DNA of 63,815 nt, filler included, from Lenisia limosa (taxonomy: Eukaryota > Protista > Breviatea), in assembly GCA_001655205.1 (NCBI GenBank). It is 13 parts of 13 records of this genome, joined end to end, with 100 filler letters (N's around TTAATTAATTAA, not from the genome) between each part and the next. Parts side by side here need not be neighbours in the genome. Positions count along the whole stretch, not along the records: positions 1 to 5,430 come from LPNZ01004186.1; positions 5,531 to 17,062 come from LPNZ01002192.1; 11 more parts are not named here. One strand, written 5' to 3'. The notes below the pieces were generated by a model. The model was not told the origin of the DNA, ran no database searches, and saw only the letters and a program-made list of their open reading frames with translations. The translations under genes and the position numbers were made by a program. Within the stretch, counting starts at the first letter, position 1; each line of letters starts with the position of its first letter. Shown piece after piece: positions 1 to 10,837 of this stretch.

Positions 1-3000
1 AGGGTGCCACACACTCACATACGCCGCACACACAGGACTGCATGGTGAAAAAAATGTTACATAACACAGTTACTATTTTATCCTGTACTTATTGACATTG
101 CCTCTGTTTTTTTTTTAAAAAAAACAGTATGTAGAGTTAGGCATGGTCCATAGATTTAGTCTACTGTATTATCTTGATTCCAAGAGTAAATGTAGCAGGA
201 TCTTAACCCACTCCTTGTTCGGGGCCCCCGCATTGTTCGGTCGAGTTTGCTGGGATAGGGCAAGGCAACGTTGTGTCACAAGAGCAGTCACTGGCAAGGG
301 CAGTGTGCGTAAAGCCGGCGTCACACTGAGGAGTGAGATATGACAGTTTGAGAATTAAGAAAGAATAGAAAAGAAAAAAACACTCTTTTTTGCACACCGC
401 AGTGAAGTAGGGAGTAACACTGCATAGTTCATTGAGAAAATGAAGAACACTCACCTCACAGGAGCCACAGTTGCAGTTACCATGACCTGAACAGGCGCTG
501 CCTGGGACCGATGTGGGGCAACTCAAAGAACAATCACACGCATCTCCGCTCCATCCAGGGGTACACTGGGTGGGGGGTGAAAAGAAGGAAATTTCGATGA
601 AGAATGGGGGGTAAATGGACAATATGAAACACAAAACAGCCAAAAATCAACTCTGTTGGCATGAGAGTTTTCGGTGCTCAAATGTCGTCTGTATTGCCAT
701 AATAGTTAGCAAAATAGACAATTGAGAGTACTAGTTTCATGATATTTATTAAAATAGTATATTGAGAGTACAAGTATCATGATATTTATTGAAATAGTAA
801 ATTGAGAGTACTAGTATCATGATATTTATTAAAATAGTAAATTGAGAGTACTAGTATCATGATATGATACCATATCCCGCTAACTTTACAGACACCGCAT
901 TCGCACGTGCCGTGTTCACAGGCAGCACAAGGCAGGTCCAGACAGCTGCAGGGCGAACCGTCAGCACCGTCAATGTAGTTGGCATCACACTGAGGGGTAA
1001 TTGTGATCACGTGGGCATTAATACCCTATTAATATACTCTCTCTAATAACTATAAAACCTCACAGTAAAAAAAAAAAATAAGGAAAGGAAAATTGAAAAA
1101 AAAAGCATGCAATCAACTCTGTTGGCTTAAGTATTTGGGAGATACACAAGGGTAAAAACTGGGGAGGAGAGGATAAAAGAAGGAATTCATGATCTGAATG
1201 ATATAAAACGACAAATAAAAGGCACTAACAGCGGGGCCCTCACCTGGCAATACTCGGAGGTGGGGCCACAAGCAACCGAGCCATGTCCACAGCCGCCGGC
1301 AATGGCCACGTTACACTGGCATTCCGCTCCCGTACTGGGGGTTTTATTTAGTTTGGTTTGGGGGGAATAGTCAATGGAAAATGATAAAAAAAATGAGTTT
1401 GGTCCAGTTAAACATGATATCCTGTCACAACACTATGCTATCACACCCACTAACATCATGTGCCTCGGTTATGACCCATATCATCATCCCTTCCATCCCC
1501 CTCCCCGTACTGTGCTGCCACATCATCACAGAAGCACATTCCACAGTCGCAAGTGCCGCGTCCTGAGCAGGTCCCGTCTCCAGGACAAGGAAGCGAGCTG
1601 TCACAGTCTGAAAGTGTCAGCAGGTCCGAGGGTTGACAGTATATAAATAACGAAGATTAAAGCTTGTCGCAGGGAAACAGTACAACAGATTAATAATTTC
1701 TGGGCTTCACTTTGGGAGTTTAGCCATTGAATCGATTTGACACCATCATAAAATTCCCCGACATTTGAAAACATATGCCGCTTATCCCCATGTATTATTT
1801 CTCTATCACCAGATGCCATGATCCTGCCCTCAAACCGCAATCTGGCTCGCCGACTGGTGGCTGTTTGAACGGCGAGTGGCAATAGCACCTTCCACACTAC
1901 ATGAAAAGTGTTACTGGGATTAGAGGAGTGTAACTGCCAACGGGCAATAATTAGGGCTTCACTTCGGTTTTTTAAAAAATGACTGAATTTCTCGATAAAT
2001 CCTCATAAATATCGATAGTTATCATTTCGAACTGAAGTGATGCCCTAGCTAATAATGCTTGAATATGTGTCCGTGATGATGGGGAAACAAGTCGATAAAA
2101 CAGTGAAAACAAAGTTATAACAGAGCAAACTCGTCATGCTTATGAAATAAACGAGTATTGCCATTTCCCATTTGCCACGAATAGTGATGATTGATTGCCA
2201 TCTCCCGAACCTCGCAGTTGCCATGGGCAGCGTCAACACAGTCATTGGGACACGTAACACCCGTACAGTTGCATTCCTTCACGAAATGCACGCGCACANN
2301 NNNNNNNNNNNNNNNNNNNNNNNNNNNNNNNNNNNNNNNNNNNNNNNNNNNNNNNNNNNNNNNNNNNNNCCATCCGACCGCCGTGAACACCACCTCAGAA
2401 ACGTCCTCCTTAGGCATGTCCGCTTCGGAGGCCAAATGGAGCGAAAGTTGAAATGTTAGCTCCTCGGGTTCGCTGTGTTAGTCAGAGCTGTCTTGGTACA
2501 TTACAATAAATCAATTTAGTATTCATCCCCCCCCCCCCCNNNNNNNNNNNNNNNNNNNNNNNNNNNNNNNNNNNNNNNNNNNNNNNNNNNNNNNNNNNNN
2601 NNNNNNNNNNNNNNNNNNNNNNNNNNNNNNNNNNNNNNNNNNNNNNNNNNNNNNNNNNNNNNNNNNNNNNNNNNNNNNNNNNNNNNNNNNNNNNNNNNNN
2701 NNNNNNNNNNNNNNNAACTCCGTTTTCAATAACCAGGCCATGAGGGTCGTTGGCAACCTACATTGTCAGAGCTGGATCTCACAACTACAACACATCGAAT
2801 GGATATGACAAGGTATTTTAACAAATGCTCATTCATTCACAAGCTTTTCAACTCTGTTCAACTTATGACACAAGGATTATACGAATTCATACCTTACCAT
2901 GTAGAAATGAGAAATAAAACAAGGGAGCATTTGGCCGAAGGATTGACATATTATCGTATAGGATCAACATGGGGGGGGGGGTAGCTTACAGAGAGAACAA

Positions 3001-5430
3001 CGGTTTTTGACATTTCTTGGTAGGCACTTTCAATAAGAGGGTAGATGTTGGAAGAGTCGGAGTCTGAGGAGTCACAAAAATGAAGTCAAAGTCAAAGGGG
3101 GAAATGAAAGATTAATAAAGAAGACGACGTATTGTTGCACTAGAACCATTTAGAGATCATTGCAACAATGGCAGGGAGCCTACTAAGTTGTCTCACGAGC
3201 CCGAAGCCCCATTCGTCAGCAATGCCTAGATTTTTAGAGCTTATGAGTGCGTTAGTTATAGTTCTTTGGTGAAAATGAAGAAAAATATAAATGTAAATAT
3301 GCAACAAAACGTACTTCTGTAGAAAGTCATGTGCTCCTCGTAGTGTCCGGAAATGGTCATTACGGGGTACTAAAATGTGAAATGCGGTCAGCTGGCGATA
3401 TCAGTGTTAAAAAAAACCCCGTCTCTAGACTTACGATTTTCAAAGACAAAGAGGCCCCTTTACCGTATTGTATTTGAGAAGACCTTCACGAACTCGAGAA
3501 ATGGAGGGAAACTGAAGAGTAAAATGGGATTGTTTTGCAGTTAAATCACTTTTGGTACTCGATCCACTCTTAAATACCAGCTAATTCAATAAAGTATCCT
3601 CTTTTCCCCAGAAGAAATCACATAACTTGCCGCTCACATCCTCGTAGGTATCTTCGGGGTTAAAGCTTTGGGTGGCAGAGTAGACCACCTGTTAGTGTTA
3701 CGAAGTGTTGAAATGTGGACGTTTGGAATCATGGAAAATATCGATAAAAAAGAGAACTGCTTTCGAAAGCGAGACAATTCAAGCAAGCGGGGTTGAGGAA
3801 CTGTGATGTACCTCAGGAATTCAGAGAAGAAGGAGCATTACCTCATCGTTTTCAAAGGTTCGGATGCCATCAGTAGGGTGCATCGTGTCCCAAACATGAG
3901 GAATACCTGTGAGGTCAGTAATGCCACAAGAATATATTGAAATCTCTTGTACATAATGGATAATGGAAGCAGTTGAGGGGCGAATTGGCTAATTAGAGCA
4001 CCTACTGTTGGTATTGACACTGTTCCCGAATTGGGCTCTTGCATCCCCACTGAAGTTAATCTGAGGAGTGACAAATCATAAAACATGTTTATCATCCGAA
4101 TCTTCAAAACATTCGGATGAGCTTTATACACCATAAATACAAGTTCATTTCAATACAGGATGAGCATTGCCAAGGAAGGCAGTCATTACGAAAGTAAATT
4201 TCTACGAATGCACAAAAAGCAAAACAACAATGATACATCCCAAGCCAGCAATACCACCACCACCGCATCCCAAGCCAACAATGTCATCAGTAGAGAGAAG
4301 CAGCACGTGCCGAGCATCTTCAGACCAGTCCATGTTCACTGCAGACTGTAGCATTCCATCAAGCGAACCCTTAGATGTGAACGCTATCATTGGTACAAAT
4401 ACTGATGAAGCTCTACAAATAGTATCGTAACAATAGAGAAACCCAGTTTGATTTTTAAATACTAGTATGGCTGTACTTTGTTCATCACCCCCGAGTACCT
4501 CGGGTGCTCTCATGCCCAAGCACGTTTCCACAAGCTTGATTTCCGTTTTGAGTGCGCAAAAGGGGTCAGTTGGCTCGGTTTGGCTGTTGCAATATGTACC
4601 CATTCCAGGAGGGGCTGCGATCGTAAACAGGTGGAGAAAGCATCAGAAGCCCAACCCTGCCCAAAATTCCAACAATAAACGATGGGGTATACAGAAGATT
4701 CATTTAACGAGTATATTATGATATGTTAATAAAAGACCACCCCTCCAAACAATCCAGTCTGATGTGCTCCTTGTAGACATAGCATACACAATCCGGGTCG
4801 GACCGTCCAAATGGCTCGGTTCGCTGAAAATGAAACAACCTGGGGGGTTCTCTTACCTTATTGATGAAGGATGTGAATCCCATTCTCAGTTTAAGATGCG
4901 GGAAGTCGTCAAGTTGGAGTAACTCCTTCTCGATTCTATCGAGGACACTGTCAACTAAAACCGTAAATTCCCTGTTCACTTGATGAAATGGTTACAACGT
5001 TGAAAACTGCTAAAAACAATAGAATAATGTGTCAAAATCTAGCTGAAGTTAACTCACCTCCTTCAGGCGTAATGAAGAGATTGGCAAGGGTGTCGATGTC
5101 ATTCTGGAAGGACCGAGAAAAATCCTCGACCACAACAAGATCCAAAGATCGTCTCAATGCGCGTACGGTGACGTTGACGGTTGCGGTCTCTCCGTGACGG
5201 AGGGTCATGTCGATCTGAGTGATCATTTCGCTGAGAGTCAATCTCATCGCCATAATAAGCCCTGTCGCTGTCTTTGAAACATGCCCATTATTCACTTATC
5301 GGTTTTTGGTTATTTTTCCAAATATCTGCAGACCATATGAAATGAGGACCAATCTATCTTGTAATACCAAAAGAGCTCTCACCTCAGAAGGGACCATAAT
5401 ATTTGAGTTCACCGAAGCGGTGATCTCGGA
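1..5430 (-). CDS. ITGB: Integrin beta chain, spliced, truncated at both ends (hybrid + beta-I/vWA domain + >=6 I-EGF repeats)
   Basis: Exons with in-phase GT-AG junctions include 5383-5430, 5058-5214, 4857-4978, 4499-4534, ~4280-4369, 1836-1896, 1511-1607, 1244-1334, 885-989, 455-565, 212-325, 1-37. Motifs: IDMTLRHGETATVNVTVR..LDLVVVEDFSRSFQND (DxSxS MIDAS), LRMGFTSFINK, RAPEGSLDGMLQSAVNMDWSEDARHVLLLSTDD, YEDFPSISRVREGLLKYN, NSDSSNIYPLIESAYQEM, then ECNC...HGNCECGRCYC repeats. A few central junctions are tentative. Confidence 0.93.
566..660 (-). repeat. Intron 3'-end repeat (family I3R) copy ending at an integrin acceptor
   Basis: Sense strand GCCAACAGAGTTGATTTTTGGC...ATTCTTCATCGAAATTTCCTTCTTTTCACCCCCCACCCAG|TGT, directly abutting exon 455-565. 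Confidence 0.8.
721..865. repeat. Intronic tandem repeat, ~3.6 x 40 bp
   Basis: ATTGAGAGTACTAGTATCATGATATTTATTAAAATAGTAA units start at 721, 761, 801, 841. Confidence 0.95.
1954..2045. mobile_element. MITE family 1 (TIR GGGCTTCACTTCGGTT), TA-flanked, in integrin intron
   Basis: TA|GGGCTTCACTTCGGTT...AACTGAAGTGATGCCC|TA with core GAATTTCTCGATAAATCCTC..AAATATCGATA. Confidence 0.88.
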
Positions 5431-5530
5431 NNNNNNNNNNNNNNNNNNNNNNNNNNNNNNNNNNNNNNNNNNNNTTAATTAATTAANNNNNNNNNNNNNN
5501 NNNNNNNNNNNNNNNNNNNNNNNNNNNNNN
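5431..5530. other. Artificial 100-nt scaffold linker with six-frame stop spacer (first of 12)
   Basis: N44-TTAATTAATTAA-N44 at 5431, 17063, 20144, 32600, 36710, 43836, 45423, 50596, 56550, 58510, 60339, 61953. Confidence 0.97.
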
Positions 5531-6532
5531 TTCACACTCAGATTGGTGTTCACACTCATATTGGTGTTCACACTCAGATAGGGCGCCTTACTAGCACTAA
5601 AGATTACTTATCCAATTATTTCATTTTTTTTGCATAATCAAAACAAACTTTAATCCAAATAACAAGATAAAAAAGAACAGCCTTTATCCAAATGACAAGA
5701 TAACTAACCTTTGATAACTTGCCTGTATTGCCAAAGGAGATGTTGTTGAAGAAGAACTGAAAAATGGTCAGCTACATAGCCATACATCATCATAAAGGAG
5801 GATTATTTTATGCCGAAATCCCATTCAAACCCCGCTCATAATCTCAGTGACGTGAGCGCGGGTGTCTGATGTTGATGGCGAAGAACTAAACCAAATAAGA
5901 GGCTACTTGGTGAATTGATCCCGTAAAAAACAATCTTTAGGAGGAATATGGCATTACTTTGGCCAGATTCGGCTTATGATCCCTGTATACTGTAATACAT
6001 ACATATATATATATCATACTGTATTATGTTTTTTTGCAGTAAAGTCTCTATTGAAACTAAGATTATAGAAATCCTAGTTTTAATTGACTTATTATGAATA
6101 TAATGTATATGGGTGGCAGACACACCAAACGTTTCTCTATATGCAACAGTGGAGATATCTGCCACTGTCGAAGCATGAACGTACGCTCCAACACCCGCCC
6201 AAGCTCTTTCTGTGCCTCGCTTGACACACATCTCAACTTGGGCAAATGTCATTTTGCAAGAGATGGTAGCTGCGGTAAATGTAGACGGTCGGTTATTGTG
6301 GCGACCATCTTTAAGTAGTCCCTGAAACGATCAATGATAATATCAGTATTTCAAAAAAAAGAAGCTTGTATTGCTTTATTAGATAGCCTTAGAATCACTA
6401 GTCGACATGCTATTTCCATCCAAATACACAAAGTACAAGACTGAAATATCATTGATGATTGAGAGACATTCTAACAACAGCATTTTCAGTGATGTCTCCG
6501 ATATTACATTTGATACGTGTACTAATTGTACA

Positions 6533-7130
6533 GTTCGGTGACACCTGGCTCACCAAAGAAGTACTTTTGCCGTTCCTGAAGAAGACCTCGTATCCTTCAA
6601 TTTGGCTCACCGAATCGGACCTCATCTCGTCGTCCAACCAGTACAGGGGCCATGAACCACTTCTTGAAATGATGTTCACGAAATAACTTTATGTCTCAAC
6701 AGCACCCAAAAGTAGTGTGCTTTTGTCCAATTCTACAAATGGAGTGACTTTTCTAGGTCGTATTCATCCCTCATGAAGCTCATGGATCGGCCGCTTGTGG
6801 AGGCTTTGGTACTTTCAACCACCAGAAAAACCATAGCCTATGCAGCTCTAATTGAGTGTATTCGCCTACAGGCCGCGGCTTTCATTGGACCCCACCCTGA
6901 AGGCTACAACCTTGTACCGCTCCATATGGACAAGTTTATGACAGACGCGATGTTTGGATGGCCTGAACAGGTTGAAGCGATGTCTCAAGCTGCAACCACA
7001 ATTCGAGTTATCACAAAGAGCTTTCAGGCATTTCTTTCTTCATCAGAGTCAAAACAATACAGGGACCCAAAGAGAAAAGGGGATTCATTGGGTCAAAACT
7101 TCTTGACGGCGAACTTAATCAAGGTTGTGG
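6533..7130 (+). CDS. Hypothetical spliced protein, unrecognised
   Basis: Coding-like segments FGDTWLTKEVLLPFLKKTSYPSIW..., SYSSLMKLMDRPLVEAL|AAAFIGPHPEGYNLVPLHMDKF... with plausible GT-AG; no family motif recognised; ends uncertain. Confidence 0.4.
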
Positions 7131-7687
7131 GTATTATATCCAATATACCTTCAAGCGGAGAGAAGGTTCAGACTTGCATTTTTTTTAAAAAAAATTCCCC
7201 CTTTTATATGATACATTATGTCGAATATTTCTCGATTTGACTCGATTTTGACATTTTGATGGTGATTCTCTTATGATGAAAAAAAAACTCTACGAAATTA
7301 GGCTTTGCCACCCCTATGACCGGGCCTGCTCCTCGTTAGCGTGGTTAGTGTGGACTTTGAGTTCCCTGGTCCAACCGTGGGTCCAGTCCCAGTCTTTGGA
7401 AGTTCTTCCATGAAGGGCCCGTCTCGGGGAAGACTTTGAGCTGTTATAATTTTGACACCCCCATATTTATATATCAATTACACCTCCTAGGTTCAAGGTT
7501 TAGGACAGGTTATTTTGGGCGGTTGGGAGTTTCGGGTTCTTAAAGCAAGGAAGCAAGCAGGTCGTTAGTGCGTCGTGTGTTGTTGTTTGTTGCAGGGTTT
7601 TTGGCACTGTGTGGGATACAGTTGACTAGGAGGATAGACAAGTCTACACTTCTTTGGTTGTGAGGAAAAAGGGATAGGTTACTTCTA

Positions 7688-8468
7688 ATGGAATCTCTGA
7701 TCGGGATAAATGGAGAGGGTTTTTCTCTTATTATGGCAGATGGATCTGTGACATTTTCAATTATCAGATTAAAGCAAAACGAAGACAAAATACGAGAAAT
7801 GAACACACACCTTTTACTTGGTGTGGTTGGGAATGCTGGTATGCAAGGTGTTCCTTTAACATTCAGGTGACCGCGTTCATTTTACTGACCTTGTGGAAAA
7901 GGAAATGAGCTATTACAAGTTCAAGAACGGGAGTGAGTGTTTTTATTTTTAATCTTATCTTCTAGTGCAACTTGAACCTGATGGAGTTGCAAACCATATT
8001 CGTAATACTTTGTGGACTGCCTTAAGGAAAGGTCCATATGAAGTTCAGACTCTTCTTGGAGGATTTAATAAAGAGGGGTATGTCTTATTTTGTGTTTATC
8101 GTTAGGAAAGCATCTCTTTTCTCTTGTGACTCTCTTGGAACCTTACTGAATGTCCCGTTCTTTGCTCATGGATACAGTAGCCACTTTCTCCTTGCCTTAT
8201 TTGATGATGTAAGCCTATGAAATTGTTTCTCGGTCATAAGTCGGGTATATTAAATTCATATGCCATTGTATCGCTATTAATCTTTTTCTCAGATGTACAA
8301 GCCAGACCTCACTCAGGAGGAAGGAATTGAGCTTCTGAGGAAATGCCAAGAAGCATTGTCTAAAAGAATGGTCCATCAAACACCAGAGTATGTGGTCAAG
8401 CTGGTCAACAGGGTAAGTACGACTTTGGTTTTATTTTGCAGGATGGAATCCAAAAGGTCACTCTCTAA
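7688..8468 (+). CDS. PSMB2: 20S proteasome subunit beta type-2 (beta4/PRE1)
   Basis: Exons 7688-7838, 7867-7932, 7966-8077, 8106-8208, 8293-8412, 8442-8468 give MESLIGINGEGFSLIMAD...VGNAGDRVHF...PFFAHGYSSHFLLALFDDMYKPDLTQEEGIELLRKCQEALSKRM...DGIQKVTL*, colinear with PSMB2. Introns 28, 33, 28, 84, 29 nt. Confidence 0.95.
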
Positions 8469-9687
8469 CAAGGAATGCAATTCATTACATATAATTGGTT
8501 CAATACATACTTACTTCGCAACAATTTTTTGACACCTAAAAAAAAATAAAAATATGACAGTTCGTTACCTCAGTCTCATTTTCAACTCTTAGATGAAATC
8601 AAATCAGATTTTGTTGCTATTTTCTGCATGTCATAGATGGAAAACATACATGCTGGGATTGTTGAAGAAGAAGACCAGCTTCTGGTTCAAAAGTAGGCCT
8701 CATAACAACCTCCATTTCCCGTGATTGAAAAATGTCTTTTCCGGAACAGGCCAATCCATGAGAAAGGGGCACGACTGGCAAATTTGTAGAGACGCTTTCC
8801 AGGTCGATGACAGGAGATCTTTTACAAAAAGGCAATACGGACAAGGACGCTTGACCAGGACGGCAAGTGCTCATCTAACTTTCATTAATAATACCAAATG
8901 CTTTTCAACTCATCTGACATAACAATCATTTTGTTCATCTAATTCGTATAGTAAAGCAAGTCTAGCAAAGAGCTAGCATACGTTTGTTCCAAGGGCCTCC
9001 ACCCAAAATGACTTCATCACGCCAAAATGTCGGTACGTTTGGGTTGGGGCAGGAAAAAATGTAAAAAGACCAGCACCAACAGAGTTGTAGAGATCAGCAC
9101 TAACATGGATTCTCCCCGCAATTGACTTTGATTTCTAGACAATCAGGAAAATTGAACCTACCATCTGGTGACCTAAGTTTACATGAGTACTTGTTGCTGT
9201 AAAATGAGAGCCACATAAACCGCAATACACTCCTCCAAAATGACAGCCAAATTTCATCTAAAAATAATGAAAATGATGCTGTTATGAAGGACAATGAGAG
9301 GAAGGAGAAAAAATAACATATCATTTGTATATAGTATACTACTAGATGTTATACTGGATAAACATAGGCGTGTGAAGTTCGATTATTTTAGTAAGAGCAT
9401 TGAATATTCTTATATATCCTCAAATAGTTTGGATCTAAAACGTCATCATTTCTTCGGATACCATTTACGAGAATTTAAATAATTTTGTGGCAACTCTTTG
9501 CAAATTTTAGCAAACTTGAATTCAAATCGGCTAAATGTGCGTTGAATTTATGTGGATTATATATTATAAGGTTGATAAAAACATACGATTCAATGTTGTT
9601 CAACATAAAAAAAAAAAAGGTTTGAACTTCATATCACTCTTAAAAAAGAAAGAGGTAAACATAAATTTCTTAAAATACTATCATACT

Positions 9688-9765
9688 CAGTGACCGGGGT
9701 AAGCCTTGACCAATTTTCCTGGGAAATCATTGATAGCAATCGATCAAGACTTATCCCAGTCACTG
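9688..9765. mobile_element. MITE family 2 (78 bp, CAGTG termini, Tc1-like)
   Basis: CAGTGACCGGGGTAAGCCTTGA...TCAAGACTTATCCCAGTCACTG; same-size copies at 29668-29746, 31337-31414, 58164-58241; partial ends at 37967 and 59750. Confidence 0.85.
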
Positions 9766-9939
9766 TTTTCCACATGTAGTAGTAGTAGTCCTCCTAAGAC
9801 AATTCGTTCGAATTAAGGTAGTTCAGTCGCTGTTACGTATTGCAAAATAATTTAAAGACTTGGGTACAGTTTTGAAAAAAACCATTCGTGATAATTCCAA
9901 AGGGAGGTTTTCATATAAAACAGCCTTAGCGAAAACTTT

Positions 9940-10140
9940 GATTGTCCATTTTCCCGGCTTCCGAGGTTGTTCCAATTTTGAAAGTTATGGCTTCTACTTT
10001 TTGTTTTATATTACTTTTGTGGCAACACAATATTTGAGGAGTTTGAATTATTCCAGTCAACTACGCATAACCAATACTGTTCTATTGTCTAGTTTTTGCA
10101 ATAATGGCTTCATATAGCCTCGGTTAGGCACATTCCAGGC
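9940..10140. repeat. Dispersed repeat family 4, short derivative of the 38540-39190 element
   Basis: GCTTCATATAGCCTCGGTTAGGCACATT (~10090-10140) and TTCCAATTTTG..GGCTTCTACTTT (~9950-10000) match the reverse complement of 38540-38590 and 39135-39185. Confidence 0.7.
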
Positions 10141-10837
10141 CATTTTTACTCATTTTTACCCATTTACAAATTTCTAATGAAAATCTAACCCGCGGAATTA
10201 TCCCAAAGGTTATTTTAAAAACTGCACACACAGTTCCACTTTATTTGCCAAATTAAAACAACGACAAACCACCTTAAAGCAGGTTGCGGTTGGAGAACCT
10301 GGCTCGTTCGAAGGACAAAAAGAACCGTAAACGACTATTTAAAGCAGGTTATAGTTCCAAAACCTGGCACGGTCGAAGGACAAAAAGAACAATAACCGAG
10401 CGTAACTTATCTGATTAGATTTAGTGTAATAAAAGTAATTATTATTGATATAAGAGTAAAGAGGAGTAAAAAGACGACGTCACTGCGTCCGGATATCCGT
10501 GAAATTACTCAAAAACTTCAACCTGCTTTAAAAGGAAAGATCGTTTGATGATTTCTAATCAAAAAAATATTCTCGGAGAAAAATTATTGCGTCGTTTTTC
10601 TTCAAATTGTTTGACTTGTTCAGATGGAGAGAAAAAGTTCCTGCCAATTATTGAGCAGCTATTTTTTGAAAAATGGAATAACTGCAATTAATTGAAAAAT
10701 TAATTGGATGGACAGAGTCTTTGAAACAACCAAAATGAATTGCAATAATCAATTTTAATTTCACTCACTATAAAATCCTCAAACCTGTATATTGACAATT
10801 CCAGTTGCCTAAGGAGGTTATTTGAATAATTCTTCAC

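Noticed and set aside
7325-7410. tRNA-Gln-like sequence (TAGCGTGGTTAG...GGACTTTGAGTTCC...GGGTCCAGTCCC)
   Set aside because: No intact acceptor stem or TTCGA T-loop; at best a decayed tRNA/SINE relic. tRNAscan-SE would decide.
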